A program made the position numbers and the translations under genes. Below the pieces are notes generated by a model. It saw only the letters and a list, made by a program, of their open reading frames with translations, did no database searches and was not told the origin of the DNA. Positions 12,575 through 23,835 of a DNA stretch of 64,000 bases are shown piece by piece (position 1 is the stretch's first letter; each line of letters begins with the position of its first letter). The stretch covers positions 10,416,001 through 10,480,000 of the forward strand of contig OZ024748.1 of NCBI GenBank assembly GCA_964016885.1, read 5' to 3'. Origin of the DNA: Eledone cirrhosa (Eukaryota).

Positions 12575-13279
12575 GTCCTTTAATGATAATGGTGTCGGTG
12601 TACCCAGTGGCGTGACATCATTAGACAGCTTCTTACATAATAAAGTTATGTTCCCGAGGCAATCCAGATTGAATCGACAAGGGAATGGGCAAAGCGGGTG
12701 TTCTTGAATCCTTTGGTCGTTCCCTTCCCTTATATATATATATATATATATATAAATACAAAGTAAAACCTACTACAGTCAGTAGGCATCTCTAACCCCC
12801 CCCCCCCCCCCCCCCCCCATCCACACCGCCCCTTTCAATGTAAAGTTATGTTGGTGCCACAACATCCAGGCCGAAACAAATGAGATCGTGTAGGTGTCAC
12901 GACAAAAAACACACAGTCCACGCTGTAATGTGGCCGTGTAGGCAACACGGTAAAAACCTCCCAGCCCCACACTGTAAATGTGGTTGGTGTTAGGAAGAGC
13001 ATCCAGCTGTAGAAAACACGCCAGACAGTCCACGCTGTAATGTGGCCGTGTAGGCAACACGGTAAAAACCTCTCAGCCCCACACTGTAAATGTGGTTGGT
13101 GTTAGGAAGGGCATCCAGCTGTAGAAAACCCACCAGACAGTCCTATGCGAGCAAGACAATCACTCTTGCCTCAAGTGGGAAAACCCCCGTCCAAACCCAT
13201 GCAAGCGTGGAACACGGACGTTAAACGTTGATGATGATGATGATGATATATATATATATATATACACACACATATATAC

Positions 13280-13560
13280 AACAAAGTATAGATAAATGGC
13301 TTGTGAGAGCCATACACGTTATATACAAAGATACTATCAGTAGCAGTAGAGTTAATAGTGAGTACAGCAAATAACTTAACATGTAGGTAAGGTATCCAGC
13401 CATCAGAGTTTGGTTCTCACTTCTCAGGCCATAGCAGAGGAGTATAAAACTGGCTCTCCATGGGAACCCATTTACACTGATGACCCAGTTCTCATGGCTG
13501 AATCTATCAAAACATTTAGGTAAGAAATTCCAAACATGGAAGCCAAACCTATAATCAACA
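13280..13560 (+). pseudogene. Degraded RTE reverse-transcriptase fragment
   Basis: Translates with stops to IDKWLVRAI..YK..SRVNSEYS..QAIAEEYKTGSPWEPIYTDD, homologous to the 62044-63669 ORF. Confidence 0.7.
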
Positions 13561-13599
13561 GGCCTCAAAATAAATCTAGCAAAATAACAACAATAATAA

Positions 13600-13830
13600 T
13601 AAGAAGAAATGTTGAAGACAGAAACAATACCTATAATTATAGGAGCTCTGGGAATGATAAAAAAGCACACAGACAAATACGTAACCAAACCTCCAGGACT
13701 CACAAATATATACAACATACAGTAAAATAGTACTACTAGGCACCGCACATATATTACAAAAAGTATTCTCAATACAATAGAACAAACACCACCAAAAATC
13801 ACACTGCACTCGGTAGTGCAATGATAACGT
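13600..13830 (+). mobile_element. C-terminal fragment of a REL-endonuclease (R4/Dong-like) non-LTR element
   Basis: LKTETIPIIIGALGMIKK..IVLLGTAHILQKVF motif. A related fragment is at 21370-21570 (-), VIAVVIGALGP. Confidence 0.6.
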
Positions 13831-13844
13831 GCAAAATAATAATA

Positions 13845-14320
13845 ATGATAATTGTTTCTACTTTTGACACAAGGCCAGCGATTATCCCAGTGCATTACTG
13901 GTACTGTATTTTATCGACCCTGTAAGGATTACAGGCAAAGTTAACCTCGGCGAGATTTGAACTCGGGCCGTAACTCTATGCTGCAAAGCATGGCGTCCGA
14001 CCCTCTACCGATACTGCCAATCCAATAATAATGATAATAATAATAATTGTTTCTACTTTTGGCACAAGGCCAGTAAATTCTCCAGTGTATTACTGGTACT
14101 TTATTTTATCGACCCTGTAAAGATGAAAGACAAAGTTAACCCCGGCAGGATTTGAACTCAGAATGTAAAGGACTGTAACTCTCTGCTGCAAAGCATGGCG
14201 TCCGATCCTCTACTGATACTGCCAAACCAAATGACAATAATAATTGTTTCTATGTTTGGCACAAGGCCAGCAATTATCCCAGTGCATTACTGGTACTTCA
14301 TTTTATCGACCTCTTGATAA
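13845..14320 (-). mobile_element. Head-to-tail array of a second tRNA-SINE family (octopus OK-like)
   Basis: Minus strand ggattggcagtatcggtagag (A box)..gagttcaaatc (B box)..gaggttaactttgcctttcatccttacggggtcgataaaataaagtaccag..ggccttgtgccaaaagtagaaacaattatt. Other clusters: 20980-21985 (+), 27110-27580, 34520-35190, 40685-41085, 52100-52740, 57590-59300 (-). Confidence 0.8.
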
Positions 14321-14766
14321 GACCTGACAGGAGGTCAGCTCTTGTGACAGGTCAATAGAAAAGTATCACAAAGTCAGTGAGAAGTCAGTACATATGACAG
14401 CAGGTCTCTGTAAGCAGTAAGAAAAGCTGTGATGTTCCTATTGTGGTTATCTCCAGTTCATTAACGACAATAAAAACACCCAACACTTCCTGTAAGGTGT
14501 TCATGCTGATGACACAATGAAAAAGTACCCAGTTCAACCTGCCATTTGGTTGTTTTGGTGCCACGATAAAAAGCTGTAAATGCGGTTGCCATTAGGAGGG
14601 ACATCCAGCCATAGAAACAAAGCCAGAAACAGTTCTGTATGAGCAAGACATAGGCACCTGATCTGACTTGTTTCACAATGGGACAACTCATCTAACCCAT
14701 GCAAGCATGGAAAATAAATGGATGTTAAACGATAAAGATGATATAGAAATATATATATATATATGC

Positions 14767-15283
14767 ATATAGGCAGCTGTTTTTCATCCTCAGTGTATAC
14801 TGATTAATGTTCAGAGCCATCCTCAGCATTCTCGTGTAACACCCATCCACCATCTGAGTGAGTTTCTTGGTCAGTGTCCTAGTCTCAGACCCATACAGCA
14901 GCACAGACTCCACTACAGCAATGAAGAGGCGGATTTTCAGGTCTCTACGAACATCCGACTTCCACACCGATCTCAAGCTGTGGCACGCCGCCCAGGCCTT
15001 GCTCTTCCTCTCAACCAAAAGTCAGCTCAAAAGTGACACAGAGGAGACTGAGGTTAGCTGGACGACATGCTCACCGACATCCAGAGTTGACATTGCACTC
15101 AGTGCTCCTTTGGGAGCCCCTACATGGACACACTAGAAGAGGAAGACCAAGGTTAACGTATGTTGATGCCCTAAGGACAGACACTGGTCTGTTGGAGACG
15201 CAGGACATGGCAGCGATAATGAGGGACAGAACTCGTCCATGGATCTCGGGAATTTTACCCGCCTTAGAATATAGGCAGCTGTT
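14767..15283. mobile_element. Internally rearranged RTE-type LINE 3' fragment
   Basis: Minus strand KIRLFIAVVESVLLYGSET..RMLRMAL (14767-15018) abuts plus strand QRRLRLAG..RGRPRLTY..RDR (15020-15240). Confidence 0.75.
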
Positions 15284-18021
15284 ATAAAATATGGCATGTC
15301 TTGGTCATTTAAACCTGGTCAGACCACAATGGATTTCTTCCAATAAAAGTTGGAACGAGATATAGAGGAAGAATCAAGCCGAGAATCAACCAGACTCATA
15401 CTTATTTATCAACTGTAAAACAATGAAAGGCAAAGTTGACTCCAGCGAGATTAAAACTTAACTCAAAGCACAACGCATGCTATCTGATGATCTAAAGAGT
15501 CTGCCAATTCACCACTACACACACATGTGCATATATGTGTGTATGTATGTACATATGAACGTATGTATGTATATGTTCAGCAGAAATATCAACAAGAAGA
15601 AAGATCACTCTATATATGCAAACAGAGTTAATATTCATCTATTATGATTTGTACATACACAATAATCCATTTGTAACCAATGATTTCATGAGCAATGAAA
15701 GCCTGCATAAGTGTGAGCTTTGGTTGATAGTCATATCTTCAGGTAATGTGCATACAAATCACTGAATAATTTTGCCAAAATAAAAACGTATCATGGGAGA
15801 GTAAATATGAGAAAAAAAACATGAAACATGAAATGACAGAGAGAAAGTAACCCTTGTATAGAAAACATCTTTCTTTGGAGAAAAAAGCAACAAGTATCAA
15901 AAGTTAGTCTGTCAGCTTGGATGTTTTAACAATAGGTTTACAGTCCTGTCATACACACATATACATATGTTGTTACTGATCACACCTATGCAGGTTTAGC
16001 TGGCCTCCTACAAGGTTGTATCCCATAGGAGGTTTCTTGGGTGTTTTAATGATATGGGGCCCCAATCTTATCATACACACACACACATATATGTTGTTAC
16101 AGCTCACACCTATGCCAGTTTAGCTGGCTCCCTAAACACATACATATGTTGTTACAACTCACATCTATGCTGGTTTAGCTGACCTCTTACATAGTTGTAC
16201 CTCATAAAAGGTTTCTTGGATGTTTTAATGATAGGGGTCCCCAATCCTATCATATACACATACATACAATGTTACAGCTCACACCTATACAGGTTTAGCC
16301 AGCCTCTTCTTGGGTGGTTTAATGATAAGGTACTCACCCAATCCTATCATGAAAGGCAATATGAAAGGAAGCAGCTTGCTCAAGACTTCAACATGTCAAT
16401 TAGTTCAGGGATCAAACCCATAATCTTATGATTGTGAGTCCAACACCCAATCTATAGTCCATACATCAACAATTACTACATATATCTACTAAAATGACAT
16501 ATTCCCACCCAACCCAAATATGTTAATTTTCTTCCGTGTAAAGACTTACCTCTACAGCAATTACACCTATTAGAAATATTTTAAAATTCTTTTTCTTTTT
16601 ATTTATTACATTCCACATTCTATTTTTAATTACCAACTGCTTTTGTTCATTATATTGTTCTCAGTGTGTCTGTATGTGTATGTTTGTGTCAATATGGGTG
16701 TGTGTGTGAGTGTGAACATATGAGTAATTTGACATGGTTTTGCATGAATGCAAACACACATGTATGATCATATATGTGTGTGTGTGCATCAATTACTTTT
16801 TTCCTTTGCATGTAAACAATTCATGCATGTGCATGAATTGTTTACATTCTGTGTGTGTATGTATGTATTCATGCATGAATACATACACACACACATGTAT
16901 GTATACATGCATGAACCTCTCTCTCTATATATATATATGAGTGTGTGTATATTTCTGTCATTGTTCTACAATATATATCATCTGTCTGTTTTTAATACTC
17001 AACAACATGTAATACGATACTTCCATGAAATCTAATTTTGCTTTGCTTTTCTCGTTAGTAAAATAAGTTGGATTACTTTGAATAAATAATGCTTTGAATA
17101 AATAATGAATGAATATTACATAATTTATCTACTAAATTTCGTAAAAATAAATAATTTAAAATTGACTTCTTTTCAAAGTTGCACTTCCGGTATATCGTTG
17201 CCACCACCACCACTTCAACTACCATATATATATAGAAAGAGAGAGTGTGTGATGTCAACACTTCCGGTGGCGATCACTTAAATAAACATACTAATTTTTT
17301 CCTAATGCAGTTTATATATAATATCGTCTTTTTTTAATGTATCATGGATTACTTTACTGATTACATAAGACAATGTAACAACGTTTCAATTTCTGTTTAT
17401 AGTGTCAATTACGATTTTATTTTTGATGTATCATATCTACATGTATATATACTTGCGTATAATATCAATGTACACACTACACATGCTAGCAGAAAACCAC
17501 CCTAAGGGTGGTTTTTCTGCTAGTAAATATAATGAAGACATAACAGATTGTCCATTTATTATATATATATATATAAAATAACAAATGTGAATTTCTGTGA
17601 GTGCGTCCACCCATGTGGCTTTCTGACTTCAGCAAAAATAAGTATTGGAAATGAACCACGAAATCAAGGCATTAAAAGCTTATATCGTTTTCGGAATCAC
17701 AAATAAATTTCACTCATAAAGTGATGAGAGTTGATAAAATGATAACAATAAATAACTGTTTTATTTAAGAATCAGTACAGGTTCAAACTTGATCAAAGAT
17801 GTTGTACCAGGCTATTTCAATCATACCTCCGCCTATTGCTGGTTTATATCCCGTTTTGCTTAACACTTTAGCATTTAAAATGGCCAAAATTCTCTCACCT
17901 CTTTCTGTTCAAACTGGCCATAACTAACCACTCGTATTGACATTAACGTATTGTTCTCAAAATAAATAATGTCAAAATCTTGTAGATTCTATATTATGTG
18001 AGATAAGACATTGTCATATTA

Positions 18022-18852
18022 TCTATATTACTAAAACAGAGAATAAAGAAATATATATTACTAAAACAGAGAATGTCTGTTTGTCTGTCTGTCCGATCAC
18101 TAAAACTCGTGAACCACCCAACCGATTGTTTTCAAACTTTACACACGTAATACTTATGGTCCTATTGAGTGTTCTGAGCAAAAAAAAATTCAAATTTTCA
18201 ATGCCCTAGAGACCGCATTAGGCGATTTAGCGATCTCTTTCTCTCTCTAGATAGATACATAGATATAATGCCGCGCCCTTATAATATCTGTCTGTATGTC
18301 TGCATTATGTCATTATGACGCGGTGTGTGTGTGTGTGTGTGTGTGTATGTATATATATATATATATATATATATAGTGTGTAACGTTTTTCGAAATATTT
18401 ACTTCTGCGTTCACAGATTTATTATTTTAGTTTCAGAAGATCCCGTTAAAGGTGAAAGCAGCGATTCTTTGCTTAAACTTTAAACTGTTATTTTAATATA
18501 TATATATATATATATATAATTATATATTCATGTACAGATATTTTTGCATACACATATAAACAGAAGTATTTATTTCGCGATAAAGTATTGATTTTCTTCG
18601 AACGGAAAAAAACCTGGGTAATGTACAACAAACTTTTTTTATAAGCACAAAATGTAGACACCAACCCAAGGCCGAAGTATTCCGTACTTTTCTGTACTGT
18701 TATTTATATATTCGTGTACAAATATTTTTATATACCCAATAACAAAATATAAACAAACGTATTTACTTCACGAGGCTTGAGAAGGATAAATATATATCAA
18801 ATATATAAGAACCCTAGAGCAAATCCCGAGCAACGCCGGGCCATTCTGCTAG
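18022..18852 (+). mobile_element. Non-autonomous Helitron (complete ends)
   Basis: A|TC 5' end (tctatattactaaaa), (GTCT)n subterminal repeats, 3' hairpin cccgagcaacgccggg then CTAG|T; no TSD. Confidence 0.8.
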
Positions 18853-19529
18853 TATTAACTAAACCACTAGATGAAGTGTGTAGTTTTCCACTTGCATACA
18901 TTTATATTCATTGATAGATACAGTGTGAAAGCGCGTGGCTAAGTGATTAGAGAATTGGATTTGCAATCCTGAGGTTGTGAGTTTGATTCTTGGACTGGAT
19001 GATATTTATGTCCTTGGCCAAGACTCTTTATTTCACGTTGCTCTTTCTACCTGGAGTTGCGACCGATAGATAGTATTAGCAATTGGAAAGACCAATGGAA
19101 ACATTGTTTCCTCAGTCTGATTTGACAGTCGATCGATTGTCGATAGACACAGTACAAAATAGATGCAAGCACACATACTCTGACTGGAATACAGCCCTAA
19201 AAGTCTAAACCCTGTCTGGAGCCTAGAGGCTCCTAAGACCAATGTTTATCCCTGTTTCTGTGACATGAAGTGACAGAGAATACCAGACTCCTCCCGGGAC
19301 AGGACACCATTCCATTGTAGGGTTAAACCCCCAGCTATTACTGGTACTCACTTTCAGCTGAGTATACTAGAAGAATGTGAAATGAAGTGTTTTGCTCAAG
19401 AACACAACACGCAACCCAGTTCAGACATTATGTTTGTAAGTTCAACACTCTTATCACAAGGCCACAGACCTCCACAGAAATACTGCCAAGGGGACAGTAT
19501 TTCTGCTATGATTATAAATTGTACTCTGG

Positions 19530-19585
<56 letters not shown>

Positions 19586-20008
19586 ATGCATGTGTTTGCA
19601 TGTGTAGGCATGTGTAGACGTGTGTGTGTATATGTATATATATATACATAGATGCACACACACACGTCTACACATGCAAACACACACGTCTACACATGCA
19701 TACACACACATATATATATAGAGAGAGAAAGAGAGAAGGGGGGAGAAACAGCGAGAGAGAGTGTGAAAGAAAGTTTTGGGAAGAGACAGGGGTGAAATGA
19801 AAAAAAAATGGTGTGCTAATTCTCTGGACTGGATTCAACATGTCTTGTCTACTTTTACTAAACTAAATAACTTTATCAACAACTGAGAAGGGCTACTAAT
19901 AATATACAGAAAGCAGAATCACATATTTTTTAGTGTCAGGTTACTGATAAATTCCCATCCCTCCACCCCCGAAAACAAAACCCATTATTTTTAACTCAAA
20001 CAAATATA

Positions 20009-20109
20009 CTGGGTGTCCCCCCAAAATGTATACATACTTTGATTACCTGTCCAGGCAATATTTATTAGAATGCTGTTGAAGTCTGTATGCATTTTTTAGG
20101 GACACCCTG
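20009..20109. mobile_element. Tc1/mariner-type MITE
   Basis: TA-ctgggtgtccccccaaaatgtatac ... gtatgcattttttaggggacaccctg imperfect TIRs. Confidence 0.6.
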
Positions 20110-20133
20110 TGTATATATATATATATATGTATA

Positions 20134-20515
20134 TCATCATCATCATCGTTTTACGGCTGTTCTTCCACGCTAGCTTGGGTTACACGGTTCGTCCTGCTGT
20201 GGGCAGTGTCCGGTCAGCTGACCTTGTCTTGCTCATATGGGAACTGATTCTGGCTTGATTTCTACAGCTGGATGCCCTTCCTAACACCAACCTCATTTGC
20301 AGTGAGTGCTGGGTGCTTTTTTTTTTTGTGGCGCCTACACGTCCACTTTACAGTGTGGTCTGGGTGCTTTTTTGGCGTGGTACCTCCACCACCACTTTGC
20401 AGTGGAATGATGGGGACCCCAGTCCTATCATCTCATTTCTACAGCTGAGTAAACTGGAGCAATGTGAAATAAAGTGTCTTGCTCAAGGAAACAACAAACC
20501 ACCTGGTCCACGAAT
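20134..20515 (-). mobile_element. 5'-truncated CORE SINE carrying the full RTE 3' terminus
   Basis: CORE segment at 20430-20500 joined to a tail matching 61741-61990 without the internal deletion seen in other SINE copies. Confidence 0.75.
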
Positions 20516-20904
20516 TGGTGTGTGTGTATATATATATATACACAGTCTACAAAAGACACTGAATTTATTTCAGCAATTTCCAACCATGACCCACTCACTC
20601 AATGAGATAATAAGCCTGGAGTTGTGAAACTACATCTTAAAATAAATTTTCATGTTAAATATCATGTCACATAATATTGAATCTACAAAGTTTTGATGTT
20701 ATTTATTTTGAGAACAATACAACATTGTTGCAAGCATTCTACAGGAATGTTTCCCTAAGTCGGTTCCTATATATATAATGTAGGAGGTGAGTTTTATTGT
20801 AGCAATGTTGATTTTTGTAACAATGTTGATTTTATTGTAGCACATATGTTGATTTAACACTTCACTGCTCGCAAGTGTTTTTTAAGCTTCATATCATGTC
20901 TCCC

Positions 20905-20975
20905 TATTTTATCTGATGAGAACGCAAATATCATCCCATGATGATATTTGTTTTTGAAATGCGCATAATAAAATA
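20905..20975 (+). ncRNA. Minimal type-I hammerhead ribozyme motif
   Basis: TATTTTAT-CTGATGA-GAACGCAAATATCATC/CCAT/GATGATATTTGTTTTT-GAAA-T GCGC A-TA-ATAAAATA. Perfect 8-bp stem I and palindromic stem III. Confidence 0.8.
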
Positions 20976-22500
20976 CGGTTTGAGTTCAAATCCCGTTGAG
21001 GTTAACTTTGCCTTTCATCCTTACGGGGTCGATAAAATAAAGTACCAGTAATACACTGGAGTAATTGCTGGCCTTGTGCCAAAAGTAGAAACAATTATTA
21101 TTATTTCTTTGGCAGTATCGGTAGAGGGTTGGACGCCATGCTTTCTAGCATAGTTACGTCCCTTTACAGTCTGAGTTCAAATCCCGCTGAGGTTAACTTT
21201 GCTTTTCATCCTTATGGGGTCGATAAAATAAAGTACCAGTAATGTACTGATTAATTGCTGGCCTTGTGCCTAAAGTAGAAACAATTATTTCTTTTGTTAC
21301 ACAGTGTAGATGGAAAATGCACTGGAGTATTTATTTAATTATACGTCAAGTCGCAACAAAGACATCAGATCAGATAATGCTTTCTTTTAAATGTGTGCAG
21401 TGCCTAGCAAGGCGGATTGTTTGTATGACACCAATCTTGCATGCTATTCTCAACCGCTTTAAGAAGTCTTGCAGTTTCAATGGGATTGGCCCTAATGCCC
21501 CAATCACAACTGCTATCACTTTTACATTACTCTCATCCCTTCCAAACAGTTTTGCCATCTCTACTTTCAATTATTGGCAGAATCGGTAGGGCATCGCACG
21601 ACGTGTTTTGTGGCATAGAGTTCAAATCCCGCCGAGGTTAACTTTGCCTTTCATCCTTATGGGGTTGATAAAATGAAGCACCAGTAACATACTGGAGTCG
21701 ATTTAATTGATTTCCCTTCCCCCCAAATTACTGGCCTTGTGCCTATACTAGAAATCATTATTATTATTGGTGCTGATTACAATGGAGTGCCTACTCTTTT
21801 GCTTTAGTATCGGTAGAGGGTCGGACGCCATGCTTTCCAGCATAGTTACGTCCCTTTACGATCTGAGTTCAAATCCCGCCGAGGTTAACTTTGCCTTTCA
21901 TCCTTACGGGGTCGATAAAATAAAGTACCAGTAATGCACTGGGTAATTGCTGGCCTTGTGCCTAAAGTAGAAACAATTATTATTATTGGTGTTGATCACA
22001 ATGGAGTGCCTACTCTTTTGCTTTTTGGTGGAAGGGACACGTTCCAATGATCAGACAGTTCATCTGCTGTTAACAACTGCTACGTGGAGGACTTGGTGCG
22101 CCATGGCCTATGATACACAAATAGGCACTGAGTCTACATCAACAGTGCTTCCTTAATGGTGAACAGATGTGGTCACCATTTCACCAACTTCTCTCCTTGA
22201 CAGAGCTGCAGTCTTGGGTCAAGCAAAGACCATCAAATGCTCATAACCCTCAACTAGTTGGGCACTGCAATCAGTAGAAAATACACCTTGGCATTCTATA
22301 GAGGGTTAGGGCTGTCAATGAAAATCAATTAGCCACTCTTTTCTGGAGAACTTCCAGAAATCCTTGGTGTGGCAGTGCTATTGGGAAACATTGTTAGTTT
22401 GATATAAACCCTACAGACATCATAATGCTGGCAGCTGGTCCTGTCCAAGATGTATGCAGGGCAACAAAACTGTCCTGCATGCACATGTTCAGTCATGAAG

Positions 22501-22531
<31 letters not shown>

Positions 22532-22744
22532 CACACATATACATATATATATGTATATATGTATGTGTGTATGTATGTATGTATGTATATATATGTATGT
22601 ATGTATGTATGTATATATATATATAATACATTCTGTATAGCTCTACACCTCGACACTGAAGTGAACCTAAACATTGAGTGCTCACCCGAGTGAACCTACA
22701 GTAACTCCAAGTTACACTCCCTGGATATATATATATATATATAA

Positions 22745-22775
<31 letters not shown>

Positions 22776-23369
22776 ATCATATTTTTCAATCATATTTTAT
22801 TATTTGTTTGACCTGAATAGCTTGCTCGCTTCTATGGCTTTGCAGTTAATGGTTTAACCATTGCTTCAGTGTGTTTGACCTTTTAACGTATGTTTATTGC
22901 TCTAGTTCACTCGCTTCTATTGAGCGCTTGCCACACATTTCGGAAGTTATTTTTCGCTAATTTCCAATAGCCGAAATGCGATTCTCGCTAATTTATATTT
23001 GTATATATATATATATTTGCATGTTATTCTATGTACTATACATGCACCTTTGACGAGTTGTAGTGCACCTGAGCACTTTACACGATAATTACATTATTAT
23101 TCTTGACTTTGCCTTTCATCCTTACGGGGTCGATAAAATAAAGTACCAGTAATGCACTGGGTAATTGCTGGCCTTGTGTCTAAAGTAGAAACAATTATTA
23201 TATATGTATGAATGTAATATGATGCTTGTACATTTTATATAATCTGTCCATTGTATGGAGTCTATGTTTATGTATGTACAACAATTTCCTATTTTCTGTT
23301 GCTTTTCCTTTTGTATTTAAAATCCTAACAAGTTTGCCTGTGTTTAACTGGGTGGATTCTGTTGTTGAG

Positions 23370-23690
23370 ATAGAGGGGGGAGATGGAAAGCAGGAGGTGG
23401 AGAGAGAGGAGGGGGATAGATAGATAGAGAGATAGTGAGAGGGGGAGACATGGAGAGAGAGAGAAAAAGAGAGGCAGTGAGAGGGGGAGATTGAGAGACA
23501 GGAGAAAGGGGCCGGGAAGTGGAGAGGGTGAGAGAGAGAGAGCGAGCGAGCGTGTGTGTGATAGAGGGGGGAAATGGAAAGTAGGAGGTGGAGAGGGAGA
23601 GATAGAGAGAGAGGAGGGAGAGGGAGAGAGTGATAGAGAAAAGAAGACAAAATGAGAAAGAGTTAGAGAAAGAGAAATTTAGAGAAATTT
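23370..23690. repeat. Purine-rich (GA) low-complexity tract
   Basis: About 320 bp almost entirely G/A on the + strand. Confidence 0.85.
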
Positions 23691-23835
23691 AATGCAATTT
23701 AGCCCATCTACACACACACACACTACATTCACTACACACACACAGTTCACAGATTTCTCAACTAATTATATATCATTTGTTTTGTTCATTTCTTGTATTA
23801 TTTTCTCTTCTCCAACAGACACCATACTCCAGAAA

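Noticed and set aside
23692-23835. 48-aa N-terminal extension of the LRR ORF
   Set aside because: Runs through (CA)n and a polypyrimidine acceptor; the signal peptide starts at ATG 23836.
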